NCBI GenBank assembly: GCA_963787025.1
Contig: CAWBBG010000002.1
Location: 14,444 to 78,443 of the forward strand
Source of the DNA: an uncultured Chloroflexia bacterium
Lineage (GTDB): Bacteria > Chloroflexota > Limnocylindria > QHBO01
Reading direction: 5' to 3'
Length of the DNA: 64,000 nucleotides
The notes under the pieces are model-generated. The model saw only the letters and a program-made list of their open reading frames with translations, did no database searches and was not told the origin of the DNA. Below, one piece after another: positions 9,130 to 18,467 of this stretch. The position numbers and the translations under genes were made by a program. The stretch's first letter is position 1. The number at the start of each line of letters is the position of its first letter.

Positions 9130-9954
9130 GTGCACCCGCGACGCGTGAATCTCGGGCTGGGACTCGCCGGCGCCGGCGGCCTGGCGATCATCGTCCTGTC
9201 GCTGTTTCCTGCGTGGCTGGCCCATGATCGCGTCCTGCTTGGCGAGGGGCCCCGGCACGTCCACACCGAGCTGGGTGCCTGGACCTCCCAGTCCGTCCCG
9301 GTGCTGGGCGCCGGGGTGCTTCTCGTGGTGCTCGCGGGGATCCTCGCGGCGACGCGGCTGGCGGGGGTGCGGCGCGTGGCGCCTTCGTGGGTGTTCCTGG
9401 CGGCGTGCGCCGGCTCAGGACTGCTTGCGGCCGGGCTGCCGACGATCTCCCAGTCGGGACACGCGTCGGGCGTGTCGCTGTCCGCCGGGTGGGCGCTCCC
9501 GGCGGGCGTGCTGCTCGCGCTCCTCACCGCCGGTTCGAGCCTTGTCGCGAATACCCGGAGACGGCGGCTGGCGCTGATCGGCCTCGTACTCGTCGTGGTG
9601 TTGGGTGCCGGGGGGTGGGGCGCACGGCAGCTCGAGCTGAACCTGGCGGAGGGTACGGGGCGCCACTACAGCCAGGGAAGCTATACGCGCCAGGCGATCC
9701 TCGGCGAGCCGACCGAGACGCTCACCTTCACGGCGACCACCATCAGCGTGGGCGACCGATGGTCGGGGACCTACGAGGGCTCCGGGCGGGTGGTCTCCAT
9801 CAGCGGAGACCCGGCGTGCCCGGACGTGCGCGCCTCGTACCACGTTGACAGCGCCGGGAACGGCGGGATCACGTGGGAGATGATCATCGACACCTGTGCG
9901 GACGGGGCCCGTGCCAAGGACCTGACGACCGGCACCTGGGCCCTCGACCACTGA
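9130..9954 (+). CDS. Hypothetical membrane protein
   Basis: At least five hydrophobic segments, then a ~100-aa soluble C-terminal domain. TAGAAT lies 6 nt upstream of the GTG, which fits a leaderless start. Confidence 0.6.
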   Translation: MHPRRVNLGLGLAGAGGLAIIVLSLFPAWLAHDRVLLGEGPRHVHTELGAWTSQSVPVLGAGVLLVVLAGILAATRLAGVRRVAPSWVFLAACAGSGLLAAGLPTISQSGHASGVSLSAGWALPAGVLLALLTAGSSLVANTRRRRLALIGLVLVVVLGAGGWGARQLELNLAEGTGRHYSQGSYTRQAILGEPTETLTFTATTISVGDRWSGTYEGSGRVVSISGDPACPDVRASYHVDSAGNGGITWEMIIDTCADGARAKDLTTGTWALDH

Positions 9955-9991
9955 GCGGCCGGCCGGTCCCACCGCGGCGGCGCCCTCGATA

Positions 9992-10909
9992 ATGGGCGGC
10001 ATGCACGAGCATCGGGTGGTCGTCGTCGGCTCCATCAACGTCGACCTGGTGGTCAACGCCGACCGGCTTCCCGCACCGGGAGAAACGGTCCTGGGTGGAA
10101 CGTTCGCGCAGCATGACGGCGGAAAGGGTGCCAACCAGGCCGTTGCAGCCGCTCGGGCCGGCGCCAGGGTGACGCTCATCGGGGCGGTCGGCGACGACGC
10201 GTTCGGCGTGGCGGCGCGTGCCGCGCTCGCGCGCGAGGGGGTCGGCGTAGGCCGCGTCGTCAGCCGCGGTCCCGCCACCGGGGTCGCGCTGATCACGGTG
10301 GATCCCCGCGGGGAGAACCAGATCGTGGTGGCTCCCGGGGCCAACGCGCTTCTCCTTCCGGAGGATCTCCCCGCGGATGCGCTGGACGGTGCGGCGGTGC
10401 TCCTCACCGGGTTCGAGGTTCCCATGTCGGTGGCGATCGTCGCGGTGCGCCGCGCTGCGGACCGGGGTATTTCCGCGGTGGTCAACGCGGCGCCGGCGGC
10501 CCCGCTGCCGCCGGCGCTGCTGGAGCCGGCGCCCATCCTTGTGCTGAACGAGCATGAGCTCGCCGCCGTCACCGGTGAGGGCGCGCTCGATGCGGCCCTC
10601 GACGCGCTCATGGGACGGACGTCGGGACCGGTGGTCGTGACACGCGGTGCCGTGGGCGCGATCCTGGCCCGTGGGCTGACGCGAACGGCGATCGCTGCCT
10701 TTCCGACACGCGCCGTGGTCGATACCACCGGCGCCGGCGATGCGTTCGTGGGTGTCCTGGCCGCCCGGCTTGCGGGCGGCAGTGCGCTCGAAGAGGCGAT
10801 CGTCGCCGGGGCCGCAGCAGGGGCGCTTGCCGTCGCACGCCCCGGAGCGCGCGGAGGGATGCCCAGCGCGACGGAGCTGACTGCGTTCCTCGCCTCCGAC
10901 GGGGGCTGA
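9992..10909 (+). CDS. rbsK: Ribokinase (PfkB family)
   Basis: Motifs VVGSINVDLV, GGKGANQAVAAAR and DTTGAGDAF. An alternative ATG at 10001 sits 7 nt after a GATAAT box. Confidence 0.85.
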   Translation: MGGMHEHRVVVVGSINVDLVVNADRLPAPGETVLGGTFAQHDGGKGANQAVAAARAGARVTLIGAVGDDAFGVAARAALAREGVGVGRVVSRGPATGVALITVDPRGENQIVVAPGANALLLPEDLPADALDGAAVLLTGFEVPMSVAIVAVRRAADRGISAVVNAAPAAPLPPALLEPAPILVLNEHELAAVTGEGALDAALDALMGRTSGPVVVTRGAVGAILARGLTRTAIAAFPTRAVVDTTGAGDAFVGVLAARLAGGSALEEAIVAGAAAGALAVARPGARGGMPSATELTAFLASDGG

Positions 10910-10994
10910 GCGCAGTGGGCGCGGCCCCTCGGTCATCCGCCAACAGTCCGAAGAGCACTGGCCAGCGGGGTGCGGGCCGCGGCAGCGTGCCGGC

Positions 10995-11978
10995 ATGACC
11001 TCATCGATGGCTTCGCACCCGCCAATCTCGGCCGCCGCGCCGAGCGACTTCCTGACCCTGGACGACCTGGGCCCCATGGGCCTGCGGGCCCTGCTGAATT
11101 TGACCCATCGGCTCAAGGGCAAGCCGGACCTGATCCGGAATCGGCTCGCCGGTGGGCGCATCGGCCTCATATTCGACAAGCCCTCGACCCGCACCCGGGT
11201 CAGCTTCGAGTCCGCCGCCTGGCAGCTGGGCATGCTGCCAATCACGCTGCGCTCGGACGAGCTTCAGCTGGGGCGCGGCGAAACGGTCGCCGATACGGGG
11301 CGGACCCTGTCCCTGTACCTGGATGCCATCACCATCCGCACGTTTGCGCACGAGCGCGTGGTGGAGCTGGCCGATGCCGCCTCCGTCCCGGTCATCAACA
11401 CCCTCACCGATGAGCACCACCCGTGCCAGGCGCTCGCCGATGTCCTGACCCTCGAGGAGGAGTTCGGTCACCTGGACGGCCTGACCGTGGCCTTCGTGGG
11501 CGACGGAGACAACGTGAGCCATTCGCTGATCCAGGCGGCGGCGCTGACCGGATTCGACCTGCGGGTGGCCACACCGGCCGGCTACGAACCGTCGGAAACG
11601 ATCGTGGCGGCGGCCCGCGCGGTCGCGGGCGAGACGGGTGGCTCCATCAGCCTGACCAGCGACCCTGCCGAGGCGGTCTCGGGTGCCAACGCGGTCTACG
11701 CGGACGTCTGGACCTCCATGGGCAGGGAGGGCGAGAAGGCCGCCCGCCTGGCGGCGTTCAGCGGGTTCACCGTGGACGAGGCGCTCATAGGCCGGGCGGC
11801 CGACGGCGCCATCTTCCTGCACTGCCTGCCGGCGCACCGCGGCGAGGAGGTCACCGACGCGGTGATCGACGGCCCGGCGTCGCGGGTCTGGCCCCAGGCC
11901 GAGAACCGCATGCACACCGAGGCCGCCCTGCTCTACGCGTTGATCACGGGCGACCTGGAAGGCGCGCGGCTCGTCTGA
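10995..11978 (+). CDS. argF: Ornithine carbamoyltransferase
   Basis: Motifs FDKPSTRTRVSFE, HPCQALAD, DVWTSMG and HCLPAHRGEE. Confidence 0.9.
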   Translation: MTSSMASHPPISAAAPSDFLTLDDLGPMGLRALLNLTHRLKGKPDLIRNRLAGGRIGLIFDKPSTRTRVSFESAAWQLGMLPITLRSDELQLGRGETVADTGRTLSLYLDAITIRTFAHERVVELADAASVPVINTLTDEHHPCQALADVLTLEEEFGHLDGLTVAFVGDGDNVSHSLIQAAALTGFDLRVATPAGYEPSETIVAAARAVAGETGGSISLTSDPAEAVSGANAVYADVWTSMGREGEKAARLAAFSGFTVDEALIGRAADGAIFLHCLPAHRGEEVTDAVIDGPASRVWPQAENRMHTEAALLYALITGDLEGARLV

Positions 11979-12920
11979 CTAGGGGCAGCGCAGGTCGGCG
12001 TCGAAGCCGTTGGCGAAGTACTGCGCCAGGTCGACCGCGCCACCGGTGAACCCGGTGGTCGAGGAGCAGCGGCTCTGGGCGCCACGGATGGTGCGAGCAC
12101 CTGCGACCCAGCTGGGATACGCCTCAAACCCGGTGGGATCGCCGGTGATGGTGCTCCATTGGCTGGCCGTCGAGTAGAAGCCGATGGCGGTGACTCCGCG
12201 CGAGGCGAGGTAGGCCGCAGCACCCTGCAGCGCGAGGACGTTGAGAGTCACGTCCGTGCGCCAGCTGTTGGCGGTCTCGACGTCCAGCCACCACGTGTTC
12301 GCGTAGGGCGTGGCGGAAGAGTCCGACTGGTTGACGTCCCCTAGAGACGCGTAGGCGGCGACGGCGGTCTGGTACGAGTTCTCCGCAGCGTTCCAGCCGT
12401 AGTCGTAGTTGCAGGCATTGGTGTCGCGGTCCGTGAGGGCGGTGGAGTTGTCCAGGTTGCAGGCGTACGGAGAAGCCTGGCCGTCCGGCCAGTAGCTCGA
12501 TATCGCCGGACCGGGATCCGCGGTGTTGGCGTACAGCTGGGCGTGCTCGCCGCTGGACGTGGCTTCCGCCCAGGCGAGCTCGCTTGGATCGGTGCCGTTC
12601 GCGCCAAGGCACGGGTTCGGGAGGTAAACCCTGCCGCCGTTCACTCCAACGATCCCGAACAGGACATCGGTGGGGAACGCGTGGCCGCACTGCGGGTAGG
12701 AGATGTCGTAGCCGGTTGGCTTCCCGCCCCCGCCACCGCCCCCGCCACCGCCGTGGGCTCCACCCTGGGCCTGCTTCGCGTCGATCACGGTCCGAGCGGG
12801 CACGACCGAGGCCATGGTGGACCCGACGGCCAGGCTGGGCAGGGCGACCATCGCGGCGGCGGCAAGCAATGCTGCTCCCGCGAGGCTGAACCTGACGCGT
12901 GTTCGACGGTGCCGGGACAT
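11979..12920 (-). CDS. Secreted lysozyme-fold (GH25/DUF1906-like) protein with a poly-Gly linker
   Basis: ATG at 12920. Signal peptide (AGAALLAAAAMVALPSLAVG), a G10 run, then GYDISYPQCG, which resembles the GxDxSxxQG start of GH25-type domains. The family assignment is tentative. Confidence 0.6.
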   Translation of the reverse strand: MSRHRRTRVRFSLAGAALLAAAAMVALPSLAVGSTMASVVPARTVIDAKQAQGGAHGGGGGGGGGGKPTGYDISYPQCGHAFPTDVLFGIVGVNGGRVYLPNPCLGANGTDPSELAWAEATSSGEHAQLYANTADPGPAISSYWPDGQASPYACNLDNSTALTDRDTNACNYDYGWNAAENSYQTAVAAYASLGDVNQSDSSATPYANTWWLDVETANSWRTDVTLNVLALQGAAAYLASRGVTAIGFYSTASQWSTITGDPTGFEAYPSWVAGARTIRGAQSRCSSTTGFTGGAVDLAQYFANGFDADLRCP

Positions 12921-13189
12921 CTCGCCTCTGCAGTGGAAAGGGGGCCCAGAGGCTACTCCAAGCCTTGGCGGGATGCAATGAACAACGACCGGACACCGGT
13001 CTGCGTCCGTTGCCAATGGGAGGCGGACCGGGTGCGCCTGCGCGTCGGAGAGGCACTGGTCAGCAGGCGCGCAATCCGGGAGATGATCGGGCACATGGCA
13101 GTCGCCACGGGTCGCCACGGCATGGACGCCAGGCAGGTGCTTTTCGGGGCGTTGGCCGGTGTGCTACGGTAGCCTCCCCAGGCACCGAT

Positions 13190-13266
13190 GGGCGGCTAGC
13201 TCAGCTGGTTAGAGCACTTGCTTGACATGCAAGAGGTCACTGGTTCGAGTCCAGTGTCGCCCACCA
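13190..13266 (+). tRNA. tRNA-Val (anticodon GAC), CCA encoded
   Basis: Cloverleaf folded by hand: acceptor GGGCGGC/GTCGCCC, anticodon arm CTTGC-TTGACAT-GCAAG, T-arm ACTGG-TTCGAGT-CCAGT, discriminator A, then CCA. Confidence 0.95.
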
Positions 13267-13381
13267 CACACCGTTTCCGAGCACGGATGGACCGCCACGC
13301 AGGGACCCCATGACCCAGCGCCGGGAGCTGGCCAGGGTCATCCGGGAAACTCCCAACCCTCGGCACCGTGAGCCGTTCCCC

Positions 13382-13722
13382 CTAAAGGCACATTCCGGTC
13401 AGCTCGTGCTGATTGGGATTGAGGGTCAGCCTGAACTCGGCGCCGTTGACGCTGGCTTTGAAGGTCGCCGTCGACTCCGACGTCAGCCACATCACGCCCG
13501 GGACTGCGTAGGGATAGAAGACGTCGGGCCCCAGGACTTGGCCGGCCAGTCGTTGCCCTGCAGGTCGATGTCCCAGTACCCGTCGCCGATGCGCACGGGG
13601 AGCGAGCAGTAAAGGGTCAGCTGATAGACGACCCCGATCTGCGGGTGCGGACCCGGCGTTTGCAGCAGGGCGGTGCACCCCGCAGCCAGGACCAGCAGTA
13701 GGACGAGCGCGACACGACGCAT
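13382..13722 (-). pseudogene. Small lipoprotein, paralogue of the next gene, broken by a 1-nt deletion (~13530)
   Basis: The lipobox LAAGC and N-terminal half are in the frame of ORF 13492..13722. The C-terminal half (DVFYPYAVPGVMWLTS..) continues in the frame of ORF 13382..14185. The whole aligns with 13756..14127. Confidence 0.55.
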
Positions 13723-13755
13723 GGCCTCCTTCCCTTGTTAGCAGCTGCCACAGAG

Positions 13756-14127
13756 CTACAGGCAGGCGTCTGCCGGATCTGGATTCTCGACTCCGGCACG
13801 TGCCATCGGCAGCTCTTCCCCGTTCACATCGGCGCGAAACACCGCCGTCGTGGGCGACGTGAGTCTGATCACTCCTGGCACCGGATACGGCTGGGAACCC
13901 TCGTCTTTGGGCAGCGGTGGCGGCCAGTGCTGAATGGTCCGGTCGAACGTCCAGTACGCGTCGCCGATCTGGATCGGGAGACCGCACGTCGTGCGGGTGC
14001 GGTAGTTGACGCCGATCTCTGGTGTCTGGCCGGGACTCGGCAGGGCCACCGAGCTCGGGGGCGGCGCAACGAACAGGGAGCAGCCTGCCAGCAAGGCAGC
14101 GGCGAGCAACGTGGCGGCCAGTTTCAT
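13756..14127 (-). CDS. Small lipoprotein (123 aa), unknown family
   Basis: ATG at 14127 follows GGGAGG. Lipobox LLAGC. Shares IGVxY..CxLPxxIGDxYW and PYPVPGV..LTS..A.F.A.VNG.E with the neighbour. Confidence 0.65.
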   Translation of the reverse strand: MKLAATLLAAALLAGCSLFVAPPPSSVALPSPGQTPEIGVNYRTRTTCGLPIQIGDAYWTFDRTIQHWPPPLPKDEGSQPYPVPGVIRLTSPTTAVFRADVNGEELPMARAGVENPDPADACL

Positions 14128-14300
14128 GGGTCCCTCCCCTGGGCAGTCCGACAGAGGGTAGTCGGCCCCCGTCCGTGCGCGCCATCCCCCAAGCGTCCTT
14201 AAGACCGGGACCCGCTGCCCAAACGACGTCGCGCTGCTGGAACCTCGCCGCTCATGCCCTCCTGCCGTTCGTGGAGTGCCCCATCCCGAATGCCGCCACC

Positions 14301-16133
14301 TCAGCCCGCAAGGGCGAGGGCGACGATCGCCGGCAGCATCGTGAGCGCTGCGGCGCCGGCGGCTGCCTCGAACTGCGCCAGGCGCGGAGCGAGGCGGTGA
14401 GTGGTTCGGTGCCCGGCGAACCAGACGGGCTTGATGATGGGACGGAAGGGCGCGCGGATCACGGTCTTCTGGGCGCGCGAGAGCATCAGGGTGTCGTGCA
14501 CGAATCCGGTGCCGGACTGGATGTCCGCCGGCGTTGAGCCGGGGAACCCTCCCCAGGGTGTGACGACCAGCCCGTATCCGAGCGCGGCCCAGCCGTTTAC
14601 GGCAACCGTTCCGTAGCGAAGCTCCGTGATCGCTCGGTCGAGCGCGGCTGCCACGCCGGGCTGCCGCTCCGTGCTCGGGTGGACGAGGATGGTGGCGTTC
14701 AACGTGCCCCACAGGGTCCCGTTCGCGAACCCGACCGCTTCGCGGAGAAACGCAGCCGGGTCGGCCGCGTCGAGCGCGGTCTCCGCGAACACGCCGCAGA
14801 ACGCCTCGGTCGTGAAGCAGGGATCGTCGCCATCGGCCGGGTCGACGCCGGGAATGAGGACCCATGGCAGCCGATCCTCGGCAGGGGCACCGGTACCCAC
14901 GGCTGCGCCGGTGGCTGCTCCTGCAGGCGACATGCGCGCTTCGGGGTGTCGCGAAACGAACATGGCATGGCGGTCGGCGGCGCCGGGGTACCAGGCCGCT
15001 CGGGCGGGGATGCGAGCGAGCTGCCGTCCGAGCGCCTCGAGGAACGCGTCGCGCTGCGGCCATGCCGCGCTCGTGACGAGAACCCGGGCAGCGTTGCAGT
15101 TGAAGCCCGCGTTGTTGGTGAGCATGGTCGCCACGTTCTCCGCCTGGCGCTCGAGGTCACGGAGGCTCCAGCTCCCCGGAACCACGATCACGGGGCTCAC
15201 GTTGCCAAGCTCGGCGGTCACTCGCTTGTCCGTCACGGGTGCTCCGCGCTCACGTCGGCGTTCGCCATCTTCACCAGGCCCGAAGACGATCGCCTCGTAG
15301 GTGCGATCGGAGCCGGTGATGTGGATCTCGTCGATCCCGGGGTGGGCGCAGAGGTACGCCCCCTCGCCCGACCCGCCCTGCACGAGCCGCAGGACGCCGC
15401 GTTCCACGAGCGCCCCGAGGCCGCGCTGCAGGATCGGCGCGAGGTACCCGTTCACCGGATGCGTCTTCAGGACGACGGCCTGGTTCTCCACGAAGAGCTT
15501 GTGGAGGACATCCATGGGCCCGATGGAGGAGACGTTTCCGGCGCCGAGGACCAGGCAGACACGGCCCGGGACGGGTTGCCGATAGGCGACGGCCTGGGTG
15601 CCGGGCATATCGTCGGCGGTGACGCCGCGGTCCATCCAGACGTCGGCCCGGATGCCCGGATAGAAGAGCCGATCGAGAAGCGAATCGGGGAAGACGCCGG
15701 CGGTGAGCTGACCGTCGGGACGCGTCCGGATCGGACCGGGGATGCGTGGGGGCCTGCCCCGACCGATCGCCTCGAGCGCGCGCCGGAGGAGGCGCAGGTT
15801 GCGGATGACGAAGTACGGGCCGACGAGCGCTTCCTCGCCGGACTCGGGGGCGCGAGGGTCGAGTCCCTCGGCGGCGATGCAGGCGGAGGTCCATTCGTCC
15901 GCGACCGCCGCCACGTCCCGAATCATCCGGTCGATGAGTGCGATTCGTTCGTTTGGCGTGGTGCCGACCCAGGCGTCGCGGTTGACCCTGACCGCGTCGA
16001 CGGCAGCGTCGAGGTGGGCCCTGGTGGCGGTCGGAGCTGCCGCGGGGTGCGTGTCAGGTCCGTGGTGGAGATGCTCGTGCACGGCGGCCGCGCTGGGCTG
16101 CGGGCCGCCGACCGTATCGGGGTCGATGCTCAT
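14301..16133 (-). CDS. Aldehyde dehydrogenase-superfamily protein
   Basis: ATG at 16133. Catalytic motifs ELGNVSPVIV and NAGFNCNAARV. Longer than canonical ALDHs. Confidence 0.8.
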   Translation of the reverse strand: MSIDPDTVGGPQPSAAAVHEHLHHGPDTHPAAAPTATRAHLDAAVDAVRVNRDAWVGTTPNERIALIDRMIRDVAAVADEWTSACIAAEGLDPRAPESGEEALVGPYFVIRNLRLLRRALEAIGRGRPPRIPGPIRTRPDGQLTAGVFPDSLLDRLFYPGIRADVWMDRGVTADDMPGTQAVAYRQPVPGRVCLVLGAGNVSSIGPMDVLHKLFVENQAVVLKTHPVNGYLAPILQRGLGALVERGVLRLVQGGSGEGAYLCAHPGIDEIHITGSDRTYEAIVFGPGEDGERRRERGAPVTDKRVTAELGNVSPVIVVPGSWSLRDLERQAENVATMLTNNAGFNCNAARVLVTSAAWPQRDAFLEALGRQLARIPARAAWYPGAADRHAMFVSRHPEARMSPAGAATGAAVGTGAPAEDRLPWVLIPGVDPADGDDPCFTTEAFCGVFAETALDAADPAAFLREAVGFANGTLWGTLNATILVHPSTERQPGVAAALDRAITELRYGTVAVNGWAALGYGLVVTPWGGFPGSTPADIQSGTGFVHDTLMLSRAQKTVIRAPFRPIIKPVWFAGHRTTHRLAPRLAQFEAAAGAAALTMLPAIVALALAG

Positions 16134-16425
16134 CGGATGAACCTGAACTCGGCGTCGGTCGGATTGTAGTCGCGAGAGGGGAGAGACAGGTGCTACCGCG
16201 CGGCGTCTGCGGACTCCATGGCCGCAGCTGGGCAGTCGATCCCGCAAAGTTCTCTCCGGCATGGACGTCAGAGGGAATCTTCCGTGGCGCTCGTCAGGCC
16301 ACGATTCCACAGACCGAGCTAGCCCTGTCTATGGCACTGGCGGATTTCTGCTGCTAAAGCCACGTTGCGCCGGCTGCCGCTTCGACTTCGGGCCGGCAAT
16401 CACGCCCCGGAACGCCGGACCGCCC

Positions 16426-16617
16426 TCAGAACGGCAGATACAGCCCCGCGGGGTCGGGAACCGTCTGCAGGGACGGGCCTGTCGCGTTGATCCCGAAGAC
16501 CCAGGTCAGGACGAGCAGGAGACCGACGACAGCCGCCGCAATGACGAGCACCCAGGCGAGATCGAGGTTCGAGTAGGAGGAGACGCGGCCCGAGTGGGTC
16601 GTGCTTCGAAGCGTCAT
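16426..16617 (-). CDS. Hypothetical single-TM small protein
   Basis: 63 aa from the internal ATG, with one clear TM segment (LAWVLVIAAAVVGLLLVLTWVF). No family recognised. Confidence 0.35.
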   Translation of the reverse strand: MTLRSTTHSGRVSSYSNLDLAWVLVIAAAVVGLLLVLTWVFGINATGPSLQTVPDPAGLYLPF

Positions 16618-16848
16618 GGTGCGCCTCCGTGGGCCGACGGATACAGTTTTCCGCCAGAGGCTCCGCGCAGCTCGTCGACCCGTCCGACTCGCGCGTTCGC
16701 GAGCCGCTGGCGTCAACACCCTACGGGCCGCATCGTCACGCGGTCGGCCCGCCCGTTCAAGTGCCGTTCGGCCTCGCCGAACGGGCCATGCTGGACATGA
16801 AACGCGTCGAACTGCTCGCTCTGCGCTGCGAAATGGTGCGCCGATTCC

Positions 16849-17565
16849 TCAGGGCTCCTGCTTTCGTCCGACGATGGCAAGCGAGGTAGCGCCGCGGATG
16901 CCGACCTCGTGGAGGCGGCGTCGCAGCTCGTGCCCGCGCGTGATCAGTGACGGTTCGGGATCGGCCCAGGCCAGGTAGCGGTCGATCACCGTGTCCATCT
17001 CGGCGAGCGACTCTGGGTCGAGCGGATCGTCTTCGGGGTAGGTGACATCGGTCAGTCGCAGGTCCGTCAGGCCCAACGGCTCGACCAGTGCCACGAGCTC
17101 GCCGCGCGCGTACGTTCGGTGGTGGAGGATGCCGCGCCGGCTGTCCACGGCCGCCCACCAGTGATGGAGCTCGACGTGCGTCTGCTGCGGCGGGGCCTGG
17201 CCGTCGCGAACCATCTCGAAGACCACGAACCCGCCGCCGGGCCGAAGGACGCGCTGCATCTCGCGAAGCACCGCGGGGGGATCGGAGAAGTGGTGGAGCG
17301 AGTTCGAGACGCTGACGGTGTCGAACGCGTCGCGCGCAAAGCCGGTGGCCGATGCGTCCCGTGCCTCGAACCGCACCCGTTGCCGGTCCGCCACGGCCTC
17401 AACGAAGTGCGTCGCCTTTTCCGGGTCGCTGTCGATGCCGATGATCTCCTCGTAATCGGCGAGCCCGTCCGCGAGGAAGCCGATGAACCCGCCGGTCCCG
17501 GTGGCGACGTCCAGGACCCGTCCGCCGTGGAGATGGCCGAGCATCTGTCGCGGCTCCGGGATCAT
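16849..17565 (-). CDS. Class I SAM-dependent methyltransferase
   Basis: Motif I VLDVATGTGGF, post-I IGIDSD, and ..LRPGGGFVVFE. Confidence 0.85.
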   Translation of the reverse strand: MIPEPRQMLGHLHGGRVLDVATGTGGFIGFLADGLADYEEIIGIDSDPEKATHFVEAVADRQRVRFEARDASATGFARDAFDTVSVSNSLHHFSDPPAVLREMQRVLRPGGGFVVFEMVRDGQAPPQQTHVELHHWWAAVDSRRGILHHRTYARGELVALVEPLGLTDLRLTDVTYPEDDPLDPESLAEMDTVIDRYLAWADPEPSLITRGHELRRRLHEVGIRGATSLAIVGRKQEP

Positions 17566-17667
17566 GGGATCCTCCGGCGGTTGCGGGCCGGCTCGCCCCT
17601 GGCGGACGCCGCGGGTGCATCGTGGCGAGGCATCGTCACCTCTCGTACGCGTTCCACTTCCTGCCGT

Positions 17668-18108
17668 TCAGCTCGTCCCGTGGCCAACGGATCGATACGA
17701 GTATGCGGTCGCCACCAGGCAGATGAAGTAGGTCACCAGCAGCGCGAAGCCGCCGGCACGCGAAACGCGGAACCCGGCACCGATTACCGACCACTGCGCC
17801 AGGTAGAACGAGAGGAGGTACGGCCACAGCCAGGCCGTGTGACGGACGTCCAGGTGGAAGACGGTGTCCACGCCCAGCTCCACGATCGCAAAGGCAACGA
17901 ACACGAGGGGCAGCCCAACCTCCCAGGCGGAGGCACCGCTGCGCGATGCGATGAGCGCCGCGCCGAGCAGGGGGATCGCCATGGCGGTGCCGGCCAGCCC
18001 CAGGGTGTGCGCCCAGCCGGGCGTCACCACGCGCGCGGTGAACATGGCCGCGAACAGGACGTTCGCCAGCGAGCCGGCACCGATGACGAGCGTTGCGTAC
18101 ATCGACAA
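17668..18108 (-). CDS. Hypothetical membrane protein (4-5 TM)
   Basis: Hydrophobic throughout. Same strand as, and downstream of, the ATPase. Confidence 0.6.
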   Translation of the reverse strand: MSMYATLVIGAGSLANVLFAAMFTARVVTPGWAHTLGLAGTAMAIPLLGAALIASRSGASAWEVGLPLVFVAFAIVELGVDTVFHLDVRHTAWLWPYLLSFYLAQWSVIGAGFRVSRAGGFALLVTYFICLVATAYSYRSVGHGTS

Positions 18109-18113
18109 ACGCG

Positions 18114-18365
18114 TCAGCGCGCGGCGGACCGGCGGCCGAGGACGGCGCCGACGATAGACACGGCGACCCCTGCGCCCATGAATCCGTAGGCGATCAGGCG
18201 CTCCTCGCCGAAGGCGATCCCCATGACCACGAGGACCGGTCCAAGGGTCGCGAGGCGCCCTACTGCCGCGGCGGGTTGCCTCTGCCTCCGCATGATGGCG
18301 AGGGCGATCGCAATTGCCATCAGCAGGGCCACCACCCCTGCCACGAGCACCCAGCCTTCAGCCAT
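18114..18365 (-). CDS. Hypothetical small membrane protein
   Basis: Internal ATG at 18365 gives 83 aa with 2-3 TM segments. Confidence 0.45.
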   Translation of the reverse strand: MAEGWVLVAGVVALLMAIAIALAIMRRQRQPAAAVGRLATLGPVLVVMGIAFGEERLIAYGFMGAGVAVSIVGAVLGRRSAAR

Positions 18366-18467
18366 GCCCTGCACCTTCCTTCCCGTTGCAGGTCGACGCA
18401 CGTTCAGCCTGTGCCGTACCTGGTTGCTCGGCAAGGGCCGCTCGGCTCGATCGATTTCGCCGGCGTT

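Noticed and set aside
13190-16133. Genomic island integrated at tRNA-Val
   Set aside because: I found no integrase, no repeat of the tRNA 3' end downstream, and no obvious compositional break. Only the duplicated lipoproteins look accessory.
16629-16889. 86-aa plus-strand ORF in the 16.6-16.85 kb gap
   Set aside because: It has no SD and no family, it overlaps the methyltransferase 3' end, and it contains a 9-bp hairpin (CCGTTCGGC-CTC-GCCGAACGG) that more likely acts as a terminator. GC3 is only moderately coding-like.
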